Source of the DNA: an uncultured bacterium
Lineage (GTDB): Bacteria; Chloroflexota; UBA5177; JANWHV01
DNA: 64,000 bases
Direction of reading: 5' to 3'
Assembly (NCBI GenBank): GCA_963729625.1
Contig: CAVSOU010000010.1
Location: forward strand, 1,216,001-1,280,000
In this document: in pieces, positions 40,761 through 51,380 of the stretch
How positions within the stretch are numbered: position 1 is the first letter of the stretch
Layout of the letters: the number at the start of each line of letters is the position of its first letter
Position numbers and translations under genes: made by a program
The notes under the pieces: generated by a model
The model's database searches: none
Seen by the model: the letters and a program-made list of their open reading frames with translations, nothing else
Told to the model about the DNA's origin: nothing

Positions 40761-41954
40761 ATGGCCGGCAATCGCTGTGTTGTCTATATGGGACCTGGCA
40801 AAGTCGAAGTCCACGATATTGGTTATCCCGAGCTGGCCTTGCCCGAACAAAACCGCAAGTGCGAGCACGGCGTGATAGTGAAAGTCGTGGCAACGAACAT
40901 TTGCGGAAGCGATCAGCACATGGTGCGCGGCCGCACGACAGCTCCCGCGGGGCAGACGCTGGGGCACGAAATTACCGGCGAAGTTATCGAGCTCGGTCGC
41001 GACGTCGAGTTCATCAAGAAGGGTGACCTCGTCTCCGTACCTTTCAATATCGCCTGTGGGCGATGCCGGATGTGCAAGGAGGGCAAGACCGGAATTTGCC
41101 TCAACGTCAATCCCGCGCGGCCCGGGGCCGCCTACGGGTACGTGGATATGGGCGGCTGGCGAGGCGGGCAGGCCGAATACGTCATGGTGCCCTACGCGGA
41201 CTTCAACCTGCTCAGGTTTCCCGACCACGACCAGGCCATGGAGAAGATCCGCGACCTGACCATGCTGTCGGATATCTTTCCCACGGGCTACCATGGCGCC
41301 TACACGGCCGGCGTGACGACCGGCTCGACCGTCTACATCGCCGGCGCCGGGCCGGTCGGTCTGGCATGCGCCGCCTCGGCGCAGCTGCTTGGCGCGGCTG
41401 TCGTCATCGTCGGCGACATGAATGGTGAGCGGCTCGCGCAGGCACGCAGCTTTGGCTGTGAGACAATAGACCTCACCAATGACGCGCCGCTTGCCGACAT
41501 GATCGCTGCGATCGTCCGCGAGCCGGTGGTGGATGCCGCCGTCGACTGTGTTGGCTTCGAAGCGCGTGGGCACGGGGTGGGCGGGCGTGAAGCTCCGGCC
41601 ACGGTGCTCAATTCTATCATGACTATCACCAGGGCCGGCGGCGCGCTCGGCATCCCCGGCCTGTACGTGACCGACGATCCCGGCGGCATCGACGAGCAGG
41701 CGAAGATCGGTCAACTCGGCATGCGAGTCGGACTGGGCTGGGCCAAGTCCCTGTCATTTGCCACCGGCCAATGCCCGGTCATGCGCTACCATCGCCAGCT
41801 CATGATGGCCATCTTGCATGACAAAGTGAAGATCGCCAGGGCAGTTAACGCCACCGTAATTCGATTGGACGACGCTCCCCAAGGCTACAAGGATTTCGAC
41901 AAGGGCGCTGCGAAGAAGTACGTCCTCGATCCGCATGGCATGTTGGCCGCCTGA
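40761..41954 (+). CDS. fdhA: Glutathione-independent formaldehyde dehydrogenase
   Basis: TNICGSDQHMVRGRT, GHEITG, CGRCRMC, LSDIFPTG, GIPGLYVTDDPG. Confidence 0.95.
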   Translation: MAGNRCVVYMGPGKVEVHDIGYPELALPEQNRKCEHGVIVKVVATNICGSDQHMVRGRTTAPAGQTLGHEITGEVIELGRDVEFIKKGDLVSVPFNIACGRCRMCKEGKTGICLNVNPARPGAAYGYVDMGGWRGGQAEYVMVPYADFNLLRFPDHDQAMEKIRDLTMLSDIFPTGYHGAYTAGVTTGSTVYIAGAGPVGLACAASAQLLGAAVVIVGDMNGERLAQARSFGCETIDLTNDAPLADMIAAIVREPVVDAAVDCVGFEARGHGVGGREAPATVLNSIMTITRAGGALGIPGLYVTDDPGGIDEQAKIGQLGMRVGLGWAKSLSFATGQCPVMRYHRQLMMAILHDKVKIARAVNATVIRLDDAPQGYKDFDKGAAKKYVLDPHGMLAA

Positions 41955-42259
41955 GTAGCTTCCTTGACCAATTGCCCGCCTACGACGCCTGCTGGCGGCC
42001 GAACGCACGTGCATCGACTGAGCGCTTGCTCGCCGGCAGGCGGCGATGAGGAGCATGCCACCGACCGAAGCCGTGCTCCCTGCGAGCATATGAGGCATAG
42101 CTGGCCACTTGTCGAGAAGTACAGGCTCAGGCAGCACGCACGACACTGCGTCGGCGTCAGCGACGAAGGCCGCAGCCTCAGCCGCATCGCAGGGGGGCGT
42201 CAGTCCCACGCCCCCAAGCCGGTGTGCACGTTCGCCCGGGTCCAGATAGCGCATGGGAG

Positions 42260-43000
42260 TCAGCTTGCTACATCAGCAAGGTCGGCTTCCAACTGTGCAA
42301 AGTTGAATCCAGGCGCAAAGCCGGGCTGCTTCGCCTCCGGCGGTAGAACAGCATACGCTTCGTCCACGCACTCGTCCCACCAGTCCCACGTGCCCTTCTG
42401 CGTGTTGCCCCAGGTCAGCACAGTGACCATCTGCTGGTCGTACCCAGTGGCAAAGACCGCATGGCCGTCGGTGGTCAACGTGCCTGGCGTCCACGGCTGA
42501 CCGTTGTCGAATTCCTGAAGGCAGTTCTTCTGAACCTGAAAGCCCAGGTACACGCCGCCAAAGACCTGAATTGCCTGCTCCACATGGGTATGATTCTTCG
42601 GATCGATGCTGGCGTACGCGATAATCTCGTCACCAGAAACCCGGTGCTGGCGCCAGTAGTTTAGCACGTCAAGCTCGTTGAGCCCGGAATCCAAGCCATG
42701 CGTCAGATGCAGGTACAGCTTGACGACCGCCGGCTTCGAGGCGATATGCTGCCGGCGGACCAGACCGCAGTACACTGTCTCAGCATGTGCCAGGGCGGCA
42801 ATGGTACAGTCGCCCAGGGTGTCATTGCCGTCCATAGGGAACAGCGTGGTGGGGTCGGCGGTCCCCAGGTTGCCGTACACCCGGGCAAGGTTGTCCACGG
42901 AAGCGGGCGGCGCAGCCAGAGCAGACGTCACGTAGTTGTTGAAGCGTAGTGTGCGATAGTCGATCTTTGGTGGATGCTTTCCGAATCGATAGGCTGCCAT
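42260..43000 (-). CDS. Hypothetical protein with papain-like (clan CA) cysteine protease motifs
   Basis: GNDTLGDCTIAA (Cys), GHAVFATGYD (His), LTWG; GGAAAGAAAGG RBS. Confidence 0.65.
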   Translation of the reverse strand: MAAYRFGKHPPKIDYRTLRFNNYVTSALAAPPASVDNLARVYGNLGTADPTTLFPMDGNDTLGDCTIAALAHAETVYCGLVRRQHIASKPAVVKLYLHLTHGLDSGLNELDVLNYWRQHRVSGDEIIAYASIDPKNHTHVEQAIQVFGGVYLGFQVQKNCLQEFDNGQPWTPGTLTTDGHAVFATGYDQQMVTVLTWGNTQKGTWDWWDECVDEAYAVLPPEAKQPGFAPGFNFAQLEADLADVAS

Positions 43001-43043
43001 TTGACGCGACCTTTCTTTCCCTCGCAGACATCTGTAGCCGCCA

Positions 43044-43280
43044 TTACCACGCTTGCCGAGGCACGTCCTGCAGGCTCCGGCAGGCTCCGAGTGGAAGCCA
43101 GATTTGCAGTTCGATCTTTGCCCTTCTTCCTTCAATCCTGCTCGTTGCCGCCGCAATGCGCAACCGAGGGCCTGGCGGCTCATCGCGCGGTGGGTAATCC
43201 CACACAACATTTATGCCGCATGCGCGTGGTGCTCCCAAATCGTGACAGAGGTTCAGACGCACAATTGCTTTGGCTTCCAT
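43044..43280 (-). CDS. Candidate 78-aa protein of unknown function
   Basis: GGAGGAG RBS before ATG (MEAKAIVRLNLCHD...); directly upstream of the papain-like gene. Confidence 0.35.
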   Translation of the reverse strand: MEAKAIVRLNLCHDLGAPRACGINVVWDYPPRDEPPGPRLRIAAATSRIEGRRAKIELQIWLPLGACRSLQDVPRQAW

Positions 43281-43454
43281 AGGTATTCTCTCCTCCAGTT
43301 CACGCCAATCGTGCCGATATCTGTGCTGAGCAGTGCGCGCCCGCTGGCCTCCAATGGGACACACTGGGCCGAGAAGCGCCCACGCAGTGCTGCCGGCGCA
43401 CACGCCAGGAAGCAGAGGCTGCACGATACGCATAAGTGACAGGGGCCAAGTTCC

Positions 43455-44210
43455 ATGAACCACCTGCGAGCAGGAGAAGACGACAGCGCAGCGCCGACAA
43501 GTAGACGCCATGCCGTACGTCCGCCAGTCAGCGATACTGTGTCCGTGCTCGTGGTCGATAACCAAGCAATCTATCGGGCTGGAGTCGTGCATGCCCTGGC
43601 CATCGCCGATGCCACCATCCACGTGGTCGGCGAGGCTGCCGATGCGAATGAGGTACTTACTTTGGTCGAAGACCTGGTACCGCAGGTAGTATTGCTCAAT
43701 ACGGAGGCCGCAGGCAGTAGTGGGTTGGAACTGATACGCACAATCAGACGTACTGGGCGAACCAGCAACGTGATCATCACCAGCAACTATGAAGACGAAG
43801 ACCAACTCTTCGCCGCGATCAGGTTCGGTGCCGCAGGGTACGTCCTCAAGTCGGTCGGCATCGTCGAGCTGTGCGCGGCGATCCATCGGGTTGCAGTGGG
43901 AGACTACCCCATCAATAATCGTGTGCTGGCGAACCCCGCCTTAGCAGCCAAAGTGCTTGCATCGTTCCGCGAGCAGATTGCGGTGGCCGACCATCGGGTA
44001 GCACCGCTCTATTTGCCGCTTTCCGCGCGTGAGATACAAGTCCTGGAGCATGTCGGCAAGGGGAATAGCAACAAGGAGATCGCTCGCATTCTGCGTATCA
44101 GCGATCAAACGGTAAAGAATCACATCACTTCAATCATGCGTAAGCTCGCCGTGAACGATCGCACGCAGGCGGTGGTATATGCCCTGCATCACGGATGGAT
44201 CAGAGCATGA
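43455..44210 (+). CDS. NarL/LuxR family response regulator
   Basis: REC domain plus LSAREIQVL...SNKEIA...QTVKNHITSIMRKLAVNDRTQAV. Confidence 0.92.
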   Translation: MNHLRAGEDDSAAPTSRRHAVRPPVSDTVSVLVVDNQAIYRAGVVHALAIADATIHVVGEAADANEVLTLVEDLVPQVVLLNTEAAGSSGLELIRTIRRTGRTSNVIITSNYEDEDQLFAAIRFGAAGYVLKSVGIVELCAAIHRVAVGDYPINNRVLANPALAAKVLASFREQIAVADHRVAPLYLPLSAREIQVLEHVGKGNSNKEIARILRISDQTVKNHITSIMRKLAVNDRTQAVVYALHHGWIRA

Positions 44211-44339
44211 GCTAACCTACCGTGCCTGAGCTGGACCTGCTGCCGATGAGCCGCTGCAGTTGCCCTTCCTCGGATGATCCGTAGTACAGTCCACTGGGAT
44301 CGGGACCATTGACGCGTGACCGGTCGTCGGAACGTACAC

Positions 44340-44639
44340 GTCGTTCTGAAACAGATCAGATCGCGAAAGGAAAGTACGACTCGACGGCCGAAACCGATCG
44401 ACGAGTCGTGGAGAGGGACGCTGAAATCGCGGAGAAGCGCGGAGTGCCCCGGGTGCACGTCGCGCTTGCCTGGCTGCTCCCGAAGAAGCCAGAAGCCGGT
44501 GACAGCGCCGATCATCGGGGCCACCAAGATCTCGCATCTGGAAGTCGCCATTGGCGCTCTGTCCTTGAAGCTGACTCAGGAAGTAGTCGCCCACCTGGAA
44601 GAGCGGTATGTACCGCATCGCATCGTCGGTCACCAGTGA
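44340..44639 (+). pseudogene. C-terminal remnant of an aldo/keto reductase
   Basis: IAEKRGVPRVHVALAWLL and VTAPIIGATKISHLE...LEERYVPH in two frames. Confidence 0.75.
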
Positions 44640-44742
44640 TGACACCATACGGTTAGGCGGCATCGCCCAGCAAGGGGATGGCGGCACGCGGGTGAAGGAC
44701 GGGCCGACGCTGTATGCCTATCGCGCTGGCAGAGTCGCCGGT

Positions 44743-45177
44743 CTACAGGCGCTCCAGCGCGACCACGGGTATCTCGCGCGACGTCCGCTGCTGATACTCG
44801 TTGTAGTCCGGCCAGATGCCGGTCATCAGCCGCCAGAGTCGGGGCCGCTCCTCGGCAGTCGCCGTCCGTGCCCGGGCATGGAAGCGGTCGGCCAGCACCT
44901 GCAGGACGACTTCCGGGTCAGCGACCAGATTCTCGTACCAGCGCGGATGGTCAGCCGCCCCACCGTTTGAGGCCACCACAACATAGTGGTCGCCGTCCTT
45001 GCCGTAGATCAGCATCGTCCGCCGCGGCCTGCCGGAGCGCCGACCGAGGGTCGTGAGCGCCAGGGTGGTCACGCCCTGCCAGAGGTGCCCGTCCGCACCG
45101 CCGGTGGCCAGGTATCGGCGGAGATGGTCCGTCACCCACCCGGCGGGATTGTCGATAGGTTCGTCATCGAGCGACAT
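44743..45177 (-). CDS. Deazaflavin (F420H2)-dependent nitroreductase family protein
   Basis: LTTLGRRSGRPR, VVASNGG, HPRWYENLVADP, YQQRTSREIPVV; AAGGAG RBS. Confidence 0.93.
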   Translation of the reverse strand: MSLDDEPIDNPAGWVTDHLRRYLATGGADGHLWQGVTTLALTTLGRRSGRPRRTMLIYGKDGDHYVVVASNGGAADHPRWYENLVADPEVVLQVLADRFHARARTATAEERPRLWRLMTGIWPDYNEYQQRTSREIPVVALERL

Positions 45178-45229
45178 GTCTCTCTCCTTCGGGCCTCTTC
45201 CCCGCCCAGGCGGGCTGACGGCCACACAC

Positions 45230-45545
45230 ACATGCTACAGGCTACCCTGCTATACCGCCGCGGCGGAAGTCCCACGTACGTTAGTCTACAGCGGGGTGGA
45301 TGCACCGTACTTCCCCGGCCTAATCGATAAGCTCAATGCAACGATCCAAAAGGCCGTGGCGGGCTCCGGTGGCGAGTTACATTTCGCCTGATCGGGCCTT
45401 CACCGGGCACGACGTGTGCGTGGGGTCACCTTATTTCTTTCCGCTAGAGCTTGACAATGTGCTTGAAACGCTGCGTCCGAACGCCCAGGGCCGCACACAA
45501 CTTGCGGCTTTGCTGCGCAGCGCGGCCGATCCGCCGCCCGACTGA
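45230..45545 (+). pseudogene. C-terminal remnant of an SGNH/GDSL hydrolase
   Basis: DKLNATIQKAV, AFTGHDVC, LRPNAQG (HPN-like) in two frames. Confidence 0.5.
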
Positions 45546-45593
45546 CGAGGGCCTGGCCTTGCAGTTCAGCGATTGCCGGAGATTGCCGTTGAG

Positions 45594-46091
45594 TTACGTA
45601 TTCTCCCCGTCCTCGGTCAGATCGTCTCCAACACCTGCTCGGGCATCAGTCGCCAACTGACTGTCAGCCGATAACGGTTTGTACACAAAGCGGCTGGCAA
45701 ACAGGTAGCTGAACACGAACTTGCCGCCGATCCCAAGCACCTGCGCCAGATATTTGTTCACGCCGCCTAGCTCCTTGATGATCTGCGTGATGATCCAAGC
45801 AAGCGTGATATTCGCCGTCTGCAGCTTGATGCCGCGTCGCAACCACTCCCAGCCCCGCACGTGCTTTTGCTCGCCGAATGTGAACAATTGATTGGCGACA
45901 AGGTTGATTATGGCGCTTGCTTCGAATGCGAGCGCCGATGCCAGCCTATCCGCCCACACGCTATCCAGTCGGCCGCGAAGCAGAGCGGAAAACAGAACGA
46001 GGAAGCCAAGGTTGATCGGTACCCCGATGGCCCCAACGAGTCCATAGCGTACGAAGCGGCCGTGCCAGAGCGAACGCACCAAATCAAGCAT
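45594..46091 (-). CDS. GtrA family membrane protein
   Basis: RFVRYGLVGAIG, NQLFTF, YLAQVLGI, SRFVYK. Confidence 0.8.
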   Translation of the reverse strand: MLDLVRSLWHGRFVRYGLVGAIGVPINLGFLVLFSALLRGRLDSVWADRLASALAFEASAIINLVANQLFTFGEQKHVRGWEWLRRGIKLQTANITLAWIITQIIKELGGVNKYLAQVLGIGGKFVFSYLFASRFVYKPLSADSQLATDARAGVGDDLTEDGENT

Positions 46092-46439
46092 AGTGCGATG
46101 CGGACATGCGGAGCGCGTCCGACCTCCTTTCACCGGCGAGGCGCGTGCCGGGGCATGCTTTGCATGCTTACAACCTGCGGCGCCCTGCGACCACAAGTAT
46201 ACGGTGTCCGGCGCGCGAGCTTCGTGGGTCGGCTACGACAACTACGCTGGCAGGCACTGCAACACCGCCGCAACGCCCTGTTTGTACATCACCGAGGGAT
46301 CCAGATCCTTTTGTAACCGTACCCGTGTCGACGGAGTCAGAGATCGGCGGTGTTGCGCTCGACCGACTCAACGTCCCTGCGCGCTCCCAGCCGGCGGAAG
46401 ATCGCCAGTGCCGCCTCCAGCACACCCATAACTGGAGAA

Positions 46440-46560
46440 GGGAGTAGCTCGAGCGATTGGGTAACGACACGTGTGAAAAACCGAGGCCCGGGCCTGACCT
46501 CTGAACAAGCGGAGCGTGTATTCGACAAGTTCTAACGAGTGCACTCCGGCTGCTACGCCT
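46440..46560 (+). pseudogene. Short HATPase (histidine kinase) remnant
   Basis: VKNRGPGLTSEQAERVFDKF*R resembles the G1/F boxes. Confidence 0.5.
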
Positions 46561-46578
46561 CAACCTCGAGCGCGACGG

Positions 46579-46935
46579 CTATTGCGTCTCGACAGAGAGC
46601 GATGCGGCCGGGGCGCTGGTCGCGAACTCGCGCACCGCGGTGTCTGCCGGCTGCGCAGCAAGGTAGGTGCGGAGCAGATCGAGCAACGGCGCATAGGGGA
46701 ACGTGTGGTCGGGCTCGAAGCAGCGACCGGCGAGTACCAACATCCTGCGGGCGGCGGCGCGTGCCCGCGCTTCGGCCACCAGCCGCGACTTGCCGATCCC
46801 CGCCTCACCGGTGACGAACAGCACTTGCCCTTCGGCTGAACGTGCCGCCTCGATCTGCGCATCCAGTGCGGCAAGATAGGGCACGCGGCCGACAACGATC
46901 GGACAAACCAGCGGCCTGTTGAGTGGGGATGCCAT
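46579..46935 (-). pseudogene. N-terminal remnant of an AAA_16 (MalT/LuxR-type STAND) regulator
   Basis: CPIVVGR, VTGEAGIGKSRLV Walker A, LAGRCFE, PYAPLLDLLR; stops after 118 aa. Confidence 0.8.
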
Positions 46936-47059
46936 CGCACCTGCCCCGGTAGATGGAGGTAGTCGTCATCGTGTGGATTGGTATCTATTATAGGCGCGCA
47001 AAGCCAGTGCGAGCGCGAGCAGCGACCACAGGCTGCAGGAGCGGCTTCGTTCCCGCCTG

Positions 47060-47610
47060 CGCTCGGCCTACGGGTAGCTGGTTGTCGCGAATGTCGTGCC
47101 GATGCTTGCCCCGCGCCTGAATCCCGCACGAGCAATCCGGCAAGAGGAATCACCAGGTACGGCGTGGCGAGCGCCACAGTAAGGCCCGGATAGCCCCATG
47201 AGTCGGCGATACGCCCACTGCACAGGTTGCCGAGCACGAGACCGAGACTCGTGCCGACACTCACCAGACCGAACACGCGCCCGCGACTTTCGCCGCGGGT
47301 AGAGAGCGCAGTCAGAATGTTGATCATCGTCGTGGCGATGCCGGTGACGAACCAGAGGACGCCGGCCAGGCGCAGTATGGGCACCAAGGCGTGACGCCGC
47401 ACGGCAGCCAGGTCACCGGCACAGCAAGCGCACCGTCCACGATGAGCAGGTGCTTGCTCCGCTGCACGAGATCGGCCAACCGCCCTGTCACCACGGAGCT
47501 GACGGCCAGTGAGAGATAGGCGAACGCCAGAAAGAAGCCGGCGACGGACGAGCCGGCACCGAGCTGCAGTAGGTATACCGGCATCAGTCCGACCCGCAAC
47601 TTGCCCCACC
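47060..47610 (-). pseudogene. MFS transporter remnant
   Basis: GLMPVYLLQLGA, GRLADLVQR, RGRVFGLVS, GRIADSWGY over two frames. Confidence 0.7.
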
Positions 47611-48070
47611 CCCATCGGGCTGCGCAGTCTAGCGCGGGACCCGCCGCTGTCGGCCGCGCGTGGTTCGTGACGGCACAAACTCGCGCGCGCTATCGGGGAG
47701 CCGACGGTTTTGCCATCTAGACCGAGGCTGGCAGGCACGTGTGGCTGCCCGATGCCCGGCGCGTTGCTGAGTATCTCCGGCAGAGCACTGATAGTCCGCT
47801 CGTTTGAGGTTGAGCTGTATGGGAAGCAGCAACGAACTGACAGATACCACAATGACCTTCGGCAAGTTTTGCTTGGCGCGCTCGAAAGCGGCTGACTGCA
47901 GTGGCTTTCGGTACTTTGATACTCGTTGAATGAAGGAACTGGCGCTGACCGTAGCCGAAGCGTGATAATGGTTCTGAGACGATGCTCTCCTGCGCTTGCA
48001 ATTCGCTGCTTCAGGGCGGCCGTTGACCTCGCGAACCGGACAGGTCAAAAGGTGAAGAGAGGGACGGAAC

Positions 48071-49498
48071 GTGGAAGCACTGCGAGAAGCGGTGGCGGGG
48101 ACGGCCTGGATAGACACGCACGAACACCTGGTTGAGCCGGCAACCCGGGCACGCGGTGCCGGGGCGCATGCTGATCTGCAGCCGTGTATCGATTTCGCAT
48201 TGCTGTTTGCCCATTATGCGGTGGACGATCTCACGGCCGCCGGGATGCCCACCGTCGACCGGGCGCGCCTGCTGGATCCGGAGGTTGCGGTTGCCACCAA
48301 GTGGAACCTGCTCCGTCCCTGGTGGGAACGCACGCGCCACACCGGCTCTATGCGGGCCGTTGCCGAGACGGCACGCATCTTGTATGGGGTGCAGGAGTGG
48401 AACGTCGCGACATGTGAACGTATCAGCGCCGAGTTGCAGGCCGATAGCGTCCGAGCGGGACACTATGCCGATGTCCTACGCCGGTCAGGGGTGTTGACGT
48501 GCCAGGTGAACTCGCTCGAAGTACTTCCCTTTTGTGAGACGAGCGAGCGTGACTACCTCTTGCAAGACCTCAGCCTCCTGCCCTTGTCCACGGATCTGGA
48601 CATTGCCGGCATGTGCCGACTGAGCGGGTTGGCGGCAACGGACCTGCGAGGGTGGCACGAGATCATCGACTGGACTTTCGCGCGCTGCGGACCGCAGGCG
48701 GTCGCCGTCAAGAGCCAGGCCGCCTACGCCCGCAGGCTTGACTACCGAGATGTGCCGGCTCGCGAGGCGGCACCCCACTTCGCTCGCGCCGCCCGCGGGG
48801 AGCCGCTGGCCCCTGTCGAGAGCAGGGCGCTGCAGGATCACCTGATGCGCTATTGCCTGGGCAAGGCCATGGCTGCCGGGCTGCCCGTCAAGCTCCATTG
48901 CGGCTTCTATGCCGGCACGGGTGTCATGCCGCTCGACCGTGTGCGGCATAATGCCGGCGATGTCTGCGCGCTCTTGCAGGATTTCGGGGATGCGCGCTTC
49001 GTGCTGATGCATATTGGATACCCGTACCAGGACGAGTACATCGCCCTGGCCAAGCACTACGCAAACGCGTATGTCGATCTTTGCTGGGCGTGGCTTGTCA
49101 ATCCTGCAGCCAGCACGCGCTTCCTGTACGAATACCTGATGGCGGCGCCCGCCAACAAAGTGCTGTGCTTCGGCGGGGACTACGCAACGGTGGAAAACGT
49201 GGCAGGCCACGCGGCTGTGGCACGGCAGGGGCTGGTGCTGACGCTGGAGCGCCTGGTCGCCGACGGTTGGCTGGCCCCCGCCCAAGCGCTGGAGTTAGTT
49301 CCCAGACTGATGAAGCAAAACGCGCAGGAACTCTTTGACCTGGATGCAGCGGGACGCCTGCGCAAATCGGCGCGGCCGGGCGATTCCAGCTCAGCAACGG
49401 CGATGGCTATGCAAGCGGGAGGAGCTAGAGCATGCCCTTCTGGCACCGGCAATCGGCAGACGAGCACGAACGGGAGCAGGAGCACCAACGCCACATAG
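48071..49498 (+). CDS. Amidohydrolase-superfamily protein (amidohydro_2 / uronate-isomerase-like)
   Basis: IDTHEH, VKLHCG, VLMHIGYP, YVDLCW, FGGD; the tail overlaps the next gene and may be spurious. Confidence 0.85.
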   Translation: MEALREAVAGTAWIDTHEHLVEPATRARGAGAHADLQPCIDFALLFAHYAVDDLTAAGMPTVDRARLLDPEVAVATKWNLLRPWWERTRHTGSMRAVAETARILYGVQEWNVATCERISAELQADSVRAGHYADVLRRSGVLTCQVNSLEVLPFCETSERDYLLQDLSLLPLSTDLDIAGMCRLSGLAATDLRGWHEIIDWTFARCGPQAVAVKSQAAYARRLDYRDVPAREAAPHFARAARGEPLAPVESRALQDHLMRYCLGKAMAAGLPVKLHCGFYAGTGVMPLDRVRHNAGDVCALLQDFGDARFVLMHIGYPYQDEYIALAKHYANAYVDLCWAWLVNPAASTRFLYEYLMAAPANKVLCFGGDYATVENVAGHAAVARQGLVLTLERLVADGWLAPAQALELVPRLMKQNAQELFDLDAAGRLRKSARPGDSSSATAMAMQAGGARACPSGTGNRQTSTNGSRSTNAT

Positions 49499-50421
49499 CG
49501 GAGCGCGCCGCCCTGGAGCAGGCGCGCGTAGCTGAAGCGCAGCGCCGCCAGGCAGCGGATCTCAAGCTGCTTGCCAGTGGCGGCATTCCTACGACGGCGC
49601 GATCACGTCTCAACACACTCAAGGGCGCAATAGCCACCGGTGGCAGCTTCAACAGCGATTTGTCGCCGAGTGAAGCTGCCTTGCTGCACTACGGCGGCCA
49701 TACCCCCCTGGGTTTGGTTGGCGGAAGTGCGATGTACTACGTGGGTGAGCCCTCCGTTCGCGGCGGGGAACTGAGATCCATGTCGCGCGCCTACAACCAC
49801 GCCACTGACCTTGCTGTCGGACGGATGGCGAAAGAAGCCCGTGAGCTTCGGGCGCACGGGGTGGTCGGTGTGCGTCTCTCGTTCGTGCGTCACGAGTGGG
49901 GCGAGGATTGCGTCGAAGTGCGGGTAGTGGGAACGGCCGTCTTGACCGCGGGATCGAGAACGCAACGTCCGTGGATGTCGGACCTTTCCGGGCAGGAATG
50001 GTGGATGTTGCAACGGGCCGGCTTCGAAGCGGTGGGTCTCGTGTATGCGCATACTGCCTGGCTCGCCGTCACCACCGCCGCCGATCGGCAAATCGAAAGA
50101 AATCGCGAGAACAAAGAATTCAGACACTGGAGCAGCGCGTGGAAAAGAAGTCGCGACATCGCTGGCGTCCGTGTTCAGGAGATGGCGCAGGAACTAGACG
50201 CCGACGGCGTGGTTGGCGTGCATCTCTCCCGTCGGGTTGAAGACATCGAGCTCGAAGGAGCAGCGGAGCATCTGCTCACGCTCAGCGTGATTGGCACCGC
50301 TGTCCGCCACGTGCCAGGCAAAGACGAGACCGCGGCCCACACTCGCCCCGTGGTCTCGCTTCGCAGCGGAAGACTCGAGCCTACCTTGCGTGTGTCGGCT
50401 CCCGCAGCGGTAGTGGAGTAA
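49432..50421 (+). CDS. Tandem YbjQ (UPF0145 / heavy-metal-binding) domain protein A
   Basis: Two repeats of SDLS...G..LV...AxGVVGV...V(V/I)GTAV; charged N-terminal helix; GGAGGAG RBS. Confidence 0.8.
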   Translation: MPFWHRQSADEHEREQEHQRHIAERAALEQARVAEAQRRQAADLKLLASGGIPTTARSRLNTLKGAIATGGSFNSDLSPSEAALLHYGGHTPLGLVGGSAMYYVGEPSVRGGELRSMSRAYNHATDLAVGRMAKEARELRAHGVVGVRLSFVRHEWGEDCVEVRVVGTAVLTAGSRTQRPWMSDLSGQEWWMLQRAGFEAVGLVYAHTAWLAVTTAADRQIERNRENKEFRHWSSAWKRSRDIAGVRVQEMAQELDADGVVGVHLSRRVEDIELEGAAEHLLTLSVIGTAVRHVPGKDETAAHTRPVVSLRSGRLEPTLRVSAPAAVVE

Positions 50422-50479
50422 CGGGACGCACGCACCCGAATACGCGAGTGCGTCCCAGACAGCGTCTGTATCGGCGCCG

Positions 50480-51310
50480 TCAGTCGACCAGCGGGAGCAC
50501 CAGCGTCGGCGGCTCGATCACGTGGTCCTTGCTCAATTCATCGACTGCGGTGCCGACGGCGAAGAACTCGATGACATGGCTGCCCCAGGTGTGCGAGTGC
50601 TCGTGGATGTCGGCGCCGACGATGCCCTTTGCGCCCAGCGCCTCCGCTTCAGCCTGCATCCGTTCCATTGCCAGCTCACGGCTGTCGTACAGGGCCTGCG
50701 TATACTGCATCAGCTCCTGGTTCTGGTTCATGCCTTTCATGAAGGCACTGAATCCCTGTTTGGCCACATGGTAGACGCAGTTTCCCATAACCATACCAAG
50801 GGGCCGGTAGCCGGAACGCAGCAATATATAGAAGTCCTGGCCGGAGAGATCGCTCGTAAACGGCTTCCCGTGCTTGTTCTTGAAACGGCTCGGGTCATTC
50901 CGGTGAGCAACGGCGGTGCCGATCGCCACGAATTCCGCCACATGCTCGCCCCAATCCTTGTGGTTGACGTCCAGCCGCACACCCACCACGCCGTCCGCAC
51001 CCAGCGCAGTCGCTTCCTCTTCCATCCGTTCCATCGCCAGCTCTCGCGCACGGTACATGGCCTGCGTGAGCACGGTCATTTCCTCGTTCTTGCTCCAGCT
51101 CGACTGCTGGTAGCCGACATGATAGATGCTCGAGCCCACGACCAGGCCAATCGGATCGAAGCCAGCTTCTTTCACGAGAAGAAACTCGCTGGTAGACAGA
51201 TCGCTGGTGAAGAGCCGCTTCTCCTCGTCGCGCCCGCGCATCTCCACGAGACGTTCCCGCGCATGTTCCGGCAGTGCCGCAAACTCGCTATCCTTCGTCA
51301 GCTCGTCCAT
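50480..51310 (-). CDS. Tandem YbjQ domain protein B
   Basis: FTSDLS...RELAMERM..EA.ALGA.G.VG...EF.A.GTAV repeated twice. Confidence 0.88.
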   Translation of the reverse strand: MDELTKDSEFAALPEHARERLVEMRGRDEEKRLFTSDLSTSEFLLVKEAGFDPIGLVVGSSIYHVGYQQSSWSKNEEMTVLTQAMYRARELAMERMEEEATALGADGVVGVRLDVNHKDWGEHVAEFVAIGTAVAHRNDPSRFKNKHGKPFTSDLSGQDFYILLRSGYRPLGMVMGNCVYHVAKQGFSAFMKGMNQNQELMQYTQALYDSRELAMERMQAEAEALGAKGIVGADIHEHSHTWGSHVIEFFAVGTAVDELSKDHVIEPPTLVLPLVD

Positions 51311-51380
51311 GCTTTCTCACCTTTACTTATGTCCTGGCCCGCGCGTTCGGGATGTTGGCCACGGGCAGGCGTGCCGCACG

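Noticed and set aside
41960-42255. Possible gene between fdhA and the papain-like gene
   Set aside because: Candidate ORFs lack an RBS and recognisable motifs and overlap the neighbouring genes.
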